Shown here: one piece after another, positions 42,207 through 51,471 of the stretch
Layout of the letters: the number at the start of each line of letters is the position of its first letter
How positions within the stretch are numbered: the first letter of the stretch is position 1
Translations under genes and position numbers: made by a program
The notes under the pieces: generated by a model
Told to the model about the DNA's origin: nothing
Database searches by the model: none
What the model saw: only the letters and a program-made list of their open reading frames with translations
Assembly (NCBI GenBank): GCA_036278735.1
Contig: DASUKM010000028.1
Span: 66,141-130,140, forward strand
Direction of reading: 5' to 3'
Source: Vicinamibacterales bacterium
Lineage (GTDB): Bacteria; Acidobacteriota; Vicinamibacteria; Vicinamibacterales; 2-12-FULL-66-21
DNA: 64,000 nt

Positions 42207-42944
42207 TCAGACTCGGGGCGTGAGCGCCGGACCACTGGTCGACGACCCGCCCGACAACAGATCGAGAAACGCCTGCGTATCGCCGAGATCCTGAAACACG
42301 ATCCCGGCTCCGCTCGCGCGTAGCGCGTCGACGGTCGATGAACCGGTCGCGACGCCGACCGGCACGGCGCCGGCCGCCAGCGCGCACGCGACGTCGTACG
42401 GCGTGTCGCCGACCACGATGACGTCGCCGGGCGGCACGTCGGCCGCCCCGCAGGCGCGAGCCCGCGCGATGGCGACCGGCACCAGCGCGTTCCGATCGGA
42501 CGCATCGTCGCCGTAGGCGCCGCAGCGGAAGTACTGCCAGAGGCCGAAGTGCGCCAGTTTGATGCGCGCCCCTTCGACGAAGTTGCCCGTCAGCAGGCCG
42601 AGCGCCACGTCGGGCCGGGGGGCGAGCGCCTCGAGCAGCTGGCGAATGCCGGGCATCACCGCCTTCACGCCGCGTCCCGGCAGCTCGATCTCCTCCTGCA
42701 GATGCTGGACGTAGCGGCCGCGCAGTTCGTGCATCAAGCCGGCATCGAGCGTCCGTCCGATCCGCGCGGCCGCGTCCTGCAGGATGATCCAGTCGGTGCG
42801 CCCGGCGAGCGGGATCCCCTCGAGCGCGTGCCCGTGGCCGACGAGGTCCTCGCACGCGCGGTTCATCGCCCGCAGGCCGGCGCCGCCGGTCAGCACGAGC
42901 GTGCCGTCGATGTCGAACAGGATCAGCCGCTTCACCGGAACCAT
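42207..42944 (-). CDS. HAD-superfamily hydrolase (phosphoglycolate phosphatase-like)
   Basis: LILFDIDGTLV (motif I DxDxT), GLLTGN (motif II), VVGDTPYD (motif IV). Confidence 0.85.
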   Translation of the reverse strand: MVPVKRLILFDIDGTLVLTGGAGLRAMNRACEDLVGHGHALEGIPLAGRTDWIILQDAAARIGRTLDAGLMHELRGRYVQHLQEEIELPGRGVKAVMPGIRQLLEALAPRPDVALGLLTGNFVEGARIKLAHFGLWQYFRCGAYGDDASDRNALVPVAIARARACGAADVPPGDVIVVGDTPYDVACALAAGAVPVGVATGSSTVDALRASGAGIVFQDLGDTQAFLDLLSGGSSTSGPALTPRV

Positions 42945-43642
42945 CCCTTGCGCTCCCGCTGCGGCACGAGGACGCCGGTGCCCCGCTGCAGCGCGAGCCG
43001 CCGGTGCGCGACGCGGAGCGTGAATGCCACGTCTTCCGAGACAATCACCGTGGTGAGTCCGCGGCGCTCCAGCACGCGGGCCGCGTCTTCGGCGAAGGCC
43101 GCGCGATCCGCCTCCGGCACGGCCGCCGTCGGATGCTCGAGCAACAGCAGCGCCGGCGAGAGCGCCACCGCACGCGCCAGATGCACGCGCGCGCGAACCG
43201 CCTCCGGCGTGCGGCCGACCGGCTCCCCGAACCAGCGCTCGTCGATCCCCGCCTCCCGCGCCAGCGACGACGCCTCCGCCGAAAGGCTGGCGGGCATCGG
43301 CTCGATCTCGAGCGACAACGGCAGCGCGACGTTCTGCAGCAGCGTCGATCCCTCCAGCAGCACGGCGCGCGGCGTGACGATGCCGAAGCGGTCGAGCGAG
43401 GCGAGCCAGTCGTCGCCGGCGGTAATCGCGCTGGTCGCCTGCCCCAGGACGACGACCTCCCCTTCGTCGGGGAGCGACGCGCCCGTCACCAGGTTGACGA
43501 GCGCTTCGGCGGCGCCGGCGTCCAGGCCGGACAGCGCGACGCGCTCGCCGGGCGCAACCGTCAGATCGCGGATTCGCAGCGGCTGGACGGCCTGATACCG
43601 CCTGGTGAGGCCGGCGATCCGGAGCGCCGGCGGTGCCGGCAT
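42932..43642 (-). CDS. ABC-ATPase-like protein with degenerate nucleotide-binding motifs
   Basis: ABC-type layout (LRIAGLTRRYQAVQPLRIRDLTVAPGERVALSG...LLLLEHPTAAV...TTVIVSED). However, Walker A is LDAGAAEAL, the signature motif is absent, and Walker B is LLLLEHP instead of LLLLDEP. Confidence 0.6.
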   Translation of the reverse strand: MPAPPALRIAGLTRRYQAVQPLRIRDLTVAPGERVALSGLDAGAAEALVNLVTGASLPDEGEVVVLGQATSAITAGDDWLASLDRFGIVTPRAVLLEGSTLLQNVALPLSLEIEPMPASLSAEASSLAREAGIDERWFGEPVGRTPEAVRARVHLARAVALSPALLLLEHPTAAVPEADRAAFAEDAARVLERRGLTTVIVSEDVAFTLRVAHRRLALQRGTGVLVPQRERKGWFR

Positions 43643-44457
43643 CAGGCCCGGCGCGCGTTCAGGCGCGCGAAGTCGCTGGCCGGCAACGTGACGCGCCCCA
43701 ACCCGCCCTGACGATGGCCGACGTCGTCGTGGAAATCGGAACCGCCGGTCACGAGCAGCGAGTACTTCTCCGCCAGCGCCCGGTAGCGGTTCTCCGTGGC
43801 GTCGTCGTGATCGGAGTGGCGCACCTCGAGCGCGTCGAGGCCGGCGTCGACGAGCGCCGGAATCAGGTGATCGCTGCGCGAGGGGCCGGGATGCGCCAGC
43901 GAGGCGAGGCCGCCAGCGTCGTGCACGATGGCAATCACCGCCTCGGGCGGCGGACCGCGGCGCGGCACGAACGCCGGACCGCGAAAGTCGAGATACCGCG
44001 CGAACGCCTCCTCGCGCGAGCGGACGTGCCCGGCGGCGACGAGGGCGGCCGCGAGCTGCGGCCGGCCGACGCTGCGCCCTCTGGAGGCGTCCGCCAGGAT
44101 CGGCGCCGCATCGATGGCGCACCCGAGCGACATGAGCCGCTGGGCCATCTGCGAGACGCGCCGGACGCGATCGGTCCGCTGCGTGACGAGAAACGCCGCG
44201 AGCGCCGGCGCATCCGGATCGATGAAGTAGCCGAGCATGTGGAGGTCGCGCGCCTCGGTGACGGCGGTAATCTCGATGCCGGGCACGAGCGCCAGGTGCG
44301 CGGTGCGCGCGGCGGCCGCTGCCGGCGCGATCCCCGCGGTCGTGTCGTGGTCGGTGATGCTGATGACGGTGAGGCCCGCGAGCGCGGCGCGACGCACCAG
44401 CGCCGCAGGAGAGAGCGCGCCGTCCGACGCGGTCGTGTGCAGGTGCAGATCGATCAC
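43642..44457 (-). CDS. PHP-domain phosphoesterase (TrpH/YciV-like)
   Basis: MIDLHLHTTASDGALSPAALV...ISITDHDT...AHP...GGSDFH are PHP metal-binding motifs. Confidence 0.85.
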   Translation of the reverse strand: MIDLHLHTTASDGALSPAALVRRAALAGLTVISITDHDTTAGIAPAAAAARTAHLALVPGIEITAVTEARDLHMLGYFIDPDAPALAAFLVTQRTDRVRRVSQMAQRLMSLGCAIDAAPILADASRGRSVGRPQLAAALVAAGHVRSREEAFARYLDFRGPAFVPRRGPPPEAVIAIVHDAGGLASLAHPGPSRSDHLIPALVDAGLDALEVRHSDHDDATENRYRALAEKYSLLVTGGSDFHDDVGHRQGGLGRVTLPASDFARLNARRA

Positions 44458-44550
44458 GGATGCTGACGGCCAGCGTCCGGGCGCTGACGGGCTCTTCTGG
44501 CGGACACCACGTTCAGCGGACCCCGGCCCTCAGCACCCGCAGAGAGCAGG

Positions 44551-44880
44551 CTAGACGCTGAAGGAAGAACCGCAGCCGCAGGTCGACTTGGCGTTCGGAT
44601 TCTTGATCGTGAACCCGCCGCCGGTGATGTTGTCGACGAAATCGACTTCGGCGCCCTTCAGATAGCGCGCACTGATCGGATCGACGAGCAGCTTCACGCC
44701 GTTCGACTGGATGACGGCATCGGTCGAGGTATCACCCTCTCCCTCGTCGATCATCAGCCCGTACTGGAAGCCGGAGCAGCCGCCCCCCTGCACGAAAACG
44801 CGCAGGCCGGCGCCGTTCTTGTTTTCCTCGGTCAGCAACTCGTTGATCTTGGAAGCAGCCGTAGGGGTGACGTTGATCAT
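44551..44880 (-). CDS. erpA: A-type Fe-S cluster insertion protein (ErpA/IscA, HesB family)
   Basis: LRVFVQGGGCSGFQY and C-terminal CGCGSSF Cys ligands. 109 aa. Confidence 0.9.
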   Translation of the reverse strand: MINVTPTAASKINELLTEENKNGAGLRVFVQGGGCSGFQYGLMIDEGEGDTSTDAVIQSNGVKLLVDPISARYLKGAEVDFVDNITGGGFTIKNPNAKSTCGCGSSFSV

Positions 44881-44922
44881 AGAAAGATTATACCCCGTTC
44901 GGGGCGTGCGCCGCAGCCGTCC

Positions 44923-46467
44923 CTAGGCCCGGGCGGCTTCGAGGCGCTCCCCCGAGGCCCGCTCCACGTCCTCGTGCAGGCTCCGGCCGTGCGCGTCCAT
45001 GGTCACAATCGCGGGAAAGTCCTCGACGTCGAGGTGCCAGAGGGCCTCGGGCGTGCCGAACTGCAGCAGCGAGACGCCGGCGACCCGGCGGATGCAGCGC
45101 GCGTAGAACTGCGCGGCCCCCCCGATGGCGTTGAGGTACACCGCCCCCGAGCGCTGCAGGCCGGCCAGCGTCTTCCGCCCCATCCCCCCCTTGCCGATCA
45201 CCACCCGGACGCCGTAGCGCTCGATGATGTCGGCCTGATAGGGCTCCTCGCGAATGCTCGTCGTCGGACCCGCCGCGGTCACCTTCCATTGTTCGCCGCC
45301 AGAGGCCGCGTCGTCGCGCGCGACGACGGGTCCGCAGTGATAGAGGACCGCGCCGCGCAGGTCCACCGGCGGCTCGTGCTTCATCAGGTGCGAGTGGACG
45401 GCGTCGCGGCCGGTGAACACGCGGCCGGAGATCAGGACGACGTCGCCGACGTTCAAGGCTCGGACCTGCTCTTCCGAAACGGGCGCCGTCAACCGCACTT
45501 CGCGGCCGGTCGGCGGAAAGCCGGCCGCCACCTGCTCCGGCGTGAGCATCGCACGCGACGGCGTGGCCGCGTCGCGGTACAGCCAGGCGCGGATCTCACC
45601 CGTCCGCGCGTCGAGCCGCACGCCCAGCCGGCGGAAGGCCCAGCAGTCATAGGCGATCGACACGAAGTAGCTCGCGGGCAGACGATTGAGCACGCCGATC
45701 TTGCAGCCGATGAGCGACGTGCGGCCGCCGAACCCCATGGGCCCGACGGTCAACTGGTTGGCCGTCTCCATGATCGCGCGCTCGAGTCCGGCCAGCCGGT
45801 CGTCCGGATTCACGTCGTCGAGCGTCCGGAACAGCTGTTCCTTCGCGTGCAGATAGCCCGACGTGCGATCGCCGCCGACGCAGACGCCGACGGCGCCCGG
45901 GCTGCAGCCCTTGCCCTGCGCCTTCCAGATCGCGTGGAGGATGCACTTGCGGACGCCGTCGAGCGTCCGATCGGCGCGCCCGAGGTGATCGAGCTCGGCC
46001 GGGAGCGCGTACTGCGCGTTGGTGTTCTCGCAGCCGCCCCCCTTGAGAATCAGCTTCACCTCGATCTCGTCCGCTTCCCACTGATCGAAATGAATGATGG
46101 GCGTGCCGGGCCCGAGGTTGTTGCCGGAGTTCTCGCCAGTGATCGGGTCGACGGAGTTGGGCCGCAGCTTGCCGCGTCGGGTGGCTTCGGCGATCGCCTC
46201 GCGAATCTCCTGACGCATCCAGATCTGGTTGGCTCCGACCGGCACGCGCACCTCGAAGGTCGGCATGCCGGTGTCCTGGCAGATCGGCCCCTCGCACGAG
46301 GCCGCCTCGTCGATGTTCTGCGCGATGATCGTGAGGGCCTGCCCTCCGCGCGTCGCGGGCTCTTCGGTCGCGAGCGCCGTGGCCATGGCGGCACGGACGT
46401 CGGGCGGGAGGTCCGTGGACGTTCTCGTGATCAGGTCGATCAGGCTGTCGCGAAAAGACGGGAGCAT
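44923..46467 (-). CDS. class I (Fe-S) fumarate hydratase / tartrate dehydratase family, fused alpha-beta
   Basis: CQDTGMPTF, LILKGGGCEN, then beta-type domain (GRVFTGRDAVHSHL...IGKGGM). ATG 46467. Only the last 514 aa of the 1067-aa track ORF are credible. Confidence 0.85.
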   Translation of the reverse strand: MLPSFRDSLIDLITRTSTDLPPDVRAAMATALATEEPATRGGQALTIIAQNIDEAASCEGPICQDTGMPTFEVRVPVGANQIWMRQEIREAIAEATRRGKLRPNSVDPITGENSGNNLGPGTPIIHFDQWEADEIEVKLILKGGGCENTNAQYALPAELDHLGRADRTLDGVRKCILHAIWKAQGKGCSPGAVGVCVGGDRTSGYLHAKEQLFRTLDDVNPDDRLAGLERAIMETANQLTVGPMGFGGRTSLIGCKIGVLNRLPASYFVSIAYDCWAFRRLGVRLDARTGEIRAWLYRDAATPSRAMLTPEQVAAGFPPTGREVRLTAPVSEEQVRALNVGDVVLISGRVFTGRDAVHSHLMKHEPPVDLRGAVLYHCGPVVARDDAASGGEQWKVTAAGPTTSIREEPYQADIIERYGVRVVIGKGGMGRKTLAGLQRSGAVYLNAIGGAAQFYARCIRRVAGVSLLQFGTPEALWHLDVEDFPAIVTMDAHGRSLHEDVERASGERLEAARA

Positions 46468-46494
46468 CCGCAGAAGTATAATTGAACCACGAAG

Positions 46495-48018
46495 ATGCGG
46501 GCGAAACCGGGCCGGCAACGGCCGCCAGCGCGTGCCGTGCGGAAGCGCGGCGAACAGGCGACGCGCGTCGAGCGCGATTCGCTCGGGGCGCTGCGCGTGC
46601 CGGCCGGTGCGTACTACGGCGTACAGACCCAGCGCGCCGTCGAGAACTTTCCCATCAGCGGCCTGCACGCGCCCGCGGAGCTCGTCACCGCCACCGTGCT
46701 CGTGAAAAAGGCGTGCGCCGAAGCGAACGCCTCGCTCGACCGGCTCGACGCGACCGTGGCGCAGGCGATCGTGCGGGCGGCGGACGAAGTCCTGGCCGGC
46801 GGCTTCCGCGATCAGTTCGTCGTCGACGTGTACCAGGCGGGGGCCGGGACGTCGCACAACATGAACACGAACGAGGTGCTCGCCAACCGCGCCGCCGAGC
46901 TGATGGGGGGCACGCGCGGCGACTACACCCGCGTGCACCCGAACGATCACGTCAACATGGGACAGTCGACCAACGACGTGTTCCCGACGTCGACGCGGCT
47001 CGCGCTGCTGCTGATGCTGGGGGGCTTGCGCGACGCTGCGGGGGAGCTGACCGACGCGCTGCGCGAGAAGGCACGCGCGTTTGCAGGCGTGATCAAGACC
47101 GGGCGGACGCACCTGCAGGACGCGGTGCCGATCACGCTCGGCCAGGAATTCAGCGGCTACGCCGACAACGTCGCGCAGGCGGCCAGCGAGGTGGCGCATG
47201 CCGCCGGGTCGCTGCACGAGTTGAACCTCGGGGCAACCGCCGTCGGGACAGGGCTGAATGCGGGCGACGAGTTCACGCGGCGTGCCGTGGCGAACCTCGC
47301 GCGCTTCTCGGCGCTCGCGCTGCATCCCGCGCGCAACCGCTTCCGCGTCACACAGAGCATGGGGGACGTGCTCGCGTATTCCGGCGCGCTGCGGCGGCTC
47401 GCCGTCGAACTGGGGAAGATCGCGTCGGACCTGCGGCTGTTGAGCATGGGGCCGCGCGCCGGCATCGCCGAAATCATGCTCCCGGCCGTGCAGCCCGGCT
47501 CGTCGATCATGCCGGGCAAGGTGAATCCGTCCATTCCCGAAATGGTCAACCAGGTGTGCTTCCAGGCGATCGGCTGCGACGCGGCGATCCTGGCCGCCGC
47601 AGACGCCGGACAGCTCGAACTGAACGTCATGATGCCGGTCATCGCGTGGAACGCCTTGCACGCGACCGCCATCCTGCGGCAGGCGATGCGCGTGTTCGCG
47701 TCGCGCTGTATCGTCGGGATCACCGCCGACGAGGCGCGCTGCCGCGAACTGCTCGACCGCAGCACGGCCGTCGCCACGGCCCTGAGTCCGTACATCGGTT
47801 ACGCGGCGACAGCGGACGTCGCGAAAGCGTCGGTCGCGACGGGACGGCCCGTCCGCGACCTCGTGCGCGAGCGGCATCTGCTGCCCGACGATCGGCTCGA
47901 CGCGATCCTGGCGCCGGAAGCGATGACATCGCCAGGCGTCGCCGGCCGCCGCGCCGGCGCGGCCCGAACCACCAGCGTGCGCCCGCGCGCGGCGCGCGCG
48001 TCCACCCGAAGACGATGA
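46495..48018 (+). CDS. aspA: aspartate ammonia-lyase (fumarate-lyase superfamily)
   Basis: YQAGAGTSHNMNTNEV, HPNDHVNMGQSTND, SS-loop GSSIMPGKVNP. AspA is preferred over FumC because of the GAGTS..NMNTNEV form. An in-frame GTG a few codons downstream is an alternative start. Confidence 0.8.
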   Translation: MRAKPGRQRPPARAVRKRGEQATRVERDSLGALRVPAGAYYGVQTQRAVENFPISGLHAPAELVTATVLVKKACAEANASLDRLDATVAQAIVRAADEVLAGGFRDQFVVDVYQAGAGTSHNMNTNEVLANRAAELMGGTRGDYTRVHPNDHVNMGQSTNDVFPTSTRLALLLMLGGLRDAAGELTDALREKARAFAGVIKTGRTHLQDAVPITLGQEFSGYADNVAQAASEVAHAAGSLHELNLGATAVGTGLNAGDEFTRRAVANLARFSALALHPARNRFRVTQSMGDVLAYSGALRRLAVELGKIASDLRLLSMGPRAGIAEIMLPAVQPGSSIMPGKVNPSIPEMVNQVCFQAIGCDAAILAAADAGQLELNVMMPVIAWNALHATAILRQAMRVFASRCIVGITADEARCRELLDRSTAVATALSPYIGYAATADVAKASVATGRPVRDLVRERHLLPDDRLDAILAPEAMTSPGVAGRRAGAARTTSVRPRAARASTRRR

Positions 48019-48698
48019 CCGCCCGCCGGCCACGGCGCCCTTCCCTGCTGCGGTTCGCTGCCGTCGCGCTGTCGATCCTGCTCGGCGCGACGACCCTCGC
48101 GGCCCAGCACGCGCGCCTGTTCCCACCCGAGGAGCTGGGACTGCTCGAAGGTCCGGACCGCGACGTCTGGCAGCAGCCCGATCGAATCATGGACGCGCTC
48201 GGGATCGGCGACGGCAGCGTGGTCGCGGATCTCGGGGCCGGCAGCGGCTGGTTCACGATTCGGCTCGCGCGGCGCGTGGGCCCGAACGGCGTGGTCTACG
48301 CGGAAGACATCCAGCGCCAGATGATCGAAGCCGTGGACCGGCGCGTGCAGCGCGAAGGACTGCGAAACGTCCGGACGGTGCTCGGGACGGCGCGCGACCC
48401 CCATCTGCCGGACGGCTCCATCGATGCGGTCCTGATGGTCGACACGTACTGGGAAGTGGAACAGCCGATCGAGCTGCTGCGCAAGATCGACCGCTCGCTG
48501 AAGCCTGGTGGCCGAATCGGGATCGTCGACTTCAAACGGGACGGCGGCGGCCCGGGGCCGGCCATGGACGAACGGAGCGATCCGGGGCGCGCCATCGAGG
48601 ACGCGCGGGCGGCGGGGCTCGACCTGCTCTCGCGCGAGACGTTCCTGCGGTATCAATACATGCTGGTGTTCGGCCACGCGCCCGGCCACCGACGATGA
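48015..48698 (+). CDS. class I SAM-dependent methyltransferase with N-terminal signal/anchor
   Basis: VADLGAGSGWFTIRLA (motif I), IDAVLMVD, LKPGGRIGIV. The ATG overlaps the aspA stop (ATGA). Confidence 0.8.
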   Translation: MTARRPRRPSLLRFAAVALSILLGATTLAAQHARLFPPEELGLLEGPDRDVWQQPDRIMDALGIGDGSVVADLGAGSGWFTIRLARRVGPNGVVYAEDIQRQMIEAVDRRVQREGLRNVRTVLGTARDPHLPDGSIDAVLMVDTYWEVEQPIELLRKIDRSLKPGGRIGIVDFKRDGGGPGPAMDERSDPGRAIEDARAAGLDLLSRETFLRYQYMLVFGHAPGHRR

Positions 48699-49558
48699 GC
48701 GCCCTGCCCCGCTTCTTCGCCGATTATCAGCAGCGCGTGTCGGCGGAACTGCACCGGATCGTCCCGCCGGGCGAGGCGGCGGTCGAGCGCGCGATGGCCT
48801 ACACCGCGCTCGCCCCCTCGAAGCAGGTGCGCGCCGTCCTGACGCTGCTGTGCGCCGAATTGTGCGGCGTCGACAGCGCCGCGGCGGTGCCGGCGGCGGC
48901 CGCCATCGAGCTGGTGCACTCGGCCTCGCTGATCCTCGACGATCTGCCCTCGATGGACGATGCGCCGCTGCGGCGCGGACGGCCGGCGAACCATCGGGAA
49001 TTCGGCGAGTCGATCGCGATCCTTGCCGCGTTTGCGCTGCTGAACCTCGCGTACGGCACGATCGCGCGCCGGTACGAGCCGCCGCTCGCCTCGCGGCTGG
49101 CGTCGCTCGCATCGGACGCGATCGGCCCGGCCGGCCTCACCGGCGGTCAGGCACTCGACCTGCTCGCGACCGAGCACCAGATCACCTTCGAGGCGCTCGA
49201 GCGCATCCATCGCGGCAAGACAGGGGCGCTGTTCGTCGCCGCAGCCACCGCGGGAGCGCTCGTCGGGGGGGCCGCGGGAGAACCGGTCGCCGCGCTCGCC
49301 GCCTACGCGAAGAATCTCGGCCTCGCCTTCCAGATCGTCGACGACCTGCTCGACGTCGAGGGCGATCCCGCACAGACCGGCAAGGCGGTGCGCGAGGACG
49401 CCCGCAAGACGACGTTCGTTTCGTTCAGCGGGGTCGCCGGCGCGCGCCAGCTCGCGCTCGAGCTGTGCCAGACGGCGGACCGCGCACTCGCCCCGTTCGG
49501 CGGCCAGGCCGATCGTCTGCGCGAGCTGTCGGCGTTCGTGGCCTCGAGGCGGCTGTGA
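48695..49558 (+). CDS. polyprenyl (geranylgeranyl/farnesyl) diphosphate synthase
   Basis: First Asp-rich motif LILDDLPSMDD, second FQIVDDLLD. ATGA overlap with the upstream gene. Confidence 0.9.
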   Translation: MSALPRFFADYQQRVSAELHRIVPPGEAAVERAMAYTALAPSKQVRAVLTLLCAELCGVDSAAAVPAAAAIELVHSASLILDDLPSMDDAPLRRGRPANHREFGESIAILAAFALLNLAYGTIARRYEPPLASRLASLASDAIGPAGLTGGQALDLLATEHQITFEALERIHRGKTGALFVAAATAGALVGGAAGEPVAALAAYAKNLGLAFQIVDDLLDVEGDPAQTGKAVREDARKTTFVSFSGVAGARQLALELCQTADRALAPFGGQADRLRELSAFVASRRL

Positions 49559-51471
49559 CGAACGAGCCGCGCGACACCCGCGTGGACGAGCTGCGGCAGC
49601 AGCTTCGTACGCTCGGCTACCTGGACGCCGGCGTCGACAGGTTCGTACTCGGGCCCGCCCGCCGATCGCGGACGCCGATCGCGCTGGCCGGACTCGCGAG
49701 CGTGCGGGTCGGCATCCTCGCCGGCATCCTGCTCGGACCGGCCGCGGCGATCGGCCTCGACGCGCGGCTGCCCGGGCTGGTCACGGGGGCGCGCGATGCG
49801 GCGGTGCTCGCCTTGTACCTCGGCGCGCTGTTCGGCGCGGCCACGACCGTCGTCTCGCTGGCGGTCTGCCTGACGGCGCGCCTGCTCGTCGGGCCGTCCA
49901 CCGTGCGCGCGCGCCCGGGCCGCGCCCGTACCATCGCGGTCGGCGCCGGCGCGCTCGTCTCCGCGGCGTCGCTCGCCTATCTGACGCTCTGGTGGCGAAC
50001 GGCCAATACGGGATGGCACGCCGCCGGCCCCACCGCGCTCGCGCTGGTGCTCGCCGTGGCCATCAGCCTGCTGCTCGGGCATGCGGTGCGCATCGCGACG
50101 AGCGGCGTGCTCGCGGCAGGTGCGAGCCAGGGTGCGATCGCCCGCGGGCGCGAACCGTCGTGGCGCGGAACGATGGCGGCCGCCGCACTGGCGTTTGTCG
50201 CGGCCGCCGTGCTGCTCGTCTGGACGGCACCGGCCGACGCCGCCGCGGACGCGGCGCCGCCGCTCACGGTCGTGTCGACCGGTCTACGCGTGCGCGTGGT
50301 CGCCATCGACGGCGTCGACGAGCACGTACTGCAGCAGCTCACCGGCGCCGGGCAGCTGCCCGCGTTCACGGCGCTGCTGCGCGGCGCGCGAGCGCACCTG
50401 GCCGCGGCCGACACGCGCGACCCGGCGCGGGCCTGGACGACGATCGCGACGGGGGAGCCGCCGGCCGTCCACGGCGTGACGGCGCTCGAGACGCGGCGCG
50501 TCGCCGGCGTCCAGGGGCGGATCGCCGGCGGCGCCGGGACGGCGGGAGACCTCGTGCGCGCCGCGACCGACCTGCTGCGGCTCACGCGGCCCGCGATCGT
50601 CAGGCGCGACGAACGGCGCGTGAAGACGCTCTGGGAAGTGGCCGCCGGCGCGGGACTCCGGGCCGCCGTCGTGAACTGGTGGGCGAGCTGGCCGGCGCCC
50701 GCGACGGGCGGGGTCGTCCTGACCGATCGCGCGATCCTCCGGCTCGAACGCGGAGGTCCGCTCGACGCCGAAATCGCCCCCGCCGCGCTGTACGACCCGC
50801 TGCGCCGCCGCTGGCCGGCGCTGCGCGCCGAGGCGGTCGCGCGCGCCGCCCGCGCCTTCGACGCGATTGCCGACGGCCCGACGGCCGCCGTGCTGAAGCG
50901 ATCGGCGGAGCTCGACGCGACGCTCGCCGCCGTCAATGCCGCGCTCCCGGGACCGCCGGCCGATCTCGACGCCCTGTACTTGCCCGGACTCGACATCGCG
51001 CAGCACGCGCTGCTCGGCGGGTCGGGCGAGGCGGCCCTGGCGCCGTCGGCGCTTGCGGCCCGGCTCGACGCCTTGCGCGCGTACTATGCGTTCCTCGACG
51101 GTCTGCTCGCGCCGGCCTTCACGCCGCACGAGGGGGAACTCGTGGTGGTGGTGATGGAGCCCGGACGCGTCGACACGCCGGGCCGCGGCCTGCTCGCGAT
51201 CGCCGGACCGGCCGTCGTCGTCGCGACGTCCGTTCAGGCGCAGGCGGTCGACGTCGCCCCGACCGTCGTGTACGCGCTCGGCGTCCCCGTCAGCCGGGAA
51301 CTGACGGGGCACGTGCTGACGTCGCTCTTCGACCCCGCGTTCACACAGCGCTATCCGGAGCGCTTCGTCGCCAGGTACGGACGTCCATCCGCGCACAGCG
51401 AACCGCGGCGCGGGCATCCACTCGATCAGGAGATGCTCGATCGGTTGAAGAGTCTCGGCTACGTGCGGTAG
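49555..51471 (+). CDS. membrane-anchored alkaline-phosphatase-superfamily (type I phosphodiesterase/nucleotide pyrophosphatase-like) protein
   Basis: About 6 N-terminal TM segments, then VVAIDGVDEHVLQQL...LPAFTALL...WTTIATGEPPAVHGV, typical of AlkP-family proteins. GTG 49555 overlaps the upstream stop (GTGA). Confidence 0.65.
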   Translation: MTNEPRDTRVDELRQQLRTLGYLDAGVDRFVLGPARRSRTPIALAGLASVRVGILAGILLGPAAAIGLDARLPGLVTGARDAAVLALYLGALFGAATTVVSLAVCLTARLLVGPSTVRARPGRARTIAVGAGALVSAASLAYLTLWWRTANTGWHAAGPTALALVLAVAISLLLGHAVRIATSGVLAAGASQGAIARGREPSWRGTMAAAALAFVAAAVLLVWTAPADAAADAAPPLTVVSTGLRVRVVAIDGVDEHVLQQLTGAGQLPAFTALLRGARAHLAAADTRDPARAWTTIATGEPPAVHGVTALETRRVAGVQGRIAGGAGTAGDLVRAATDLLRLTRPAIVRRDERRVKTLWEVAAGAGLRAAVVNWWASWPAPATGGVVLTDRAILRLERGGPLDAEIAPAALYDPLRRRWPALRAEAVARAARAFDAIADGPTAAVLKRSAELDATLAAVNAALPGPPADLDALYLPGLDIAQHALLGGSGEAALAPSALAARLDALRAYYAFLDGLLAPAFTPHEGELVVVVMEPGRVDTPGRGLLAIAGPAVVVATSVQAQAVDVAPTVVYALGVPVSRELTGHVLTSLFDPAFTQRYPERFVARYGRPSAHSEPRRGHPLDQEMLDRLKSLGYVR

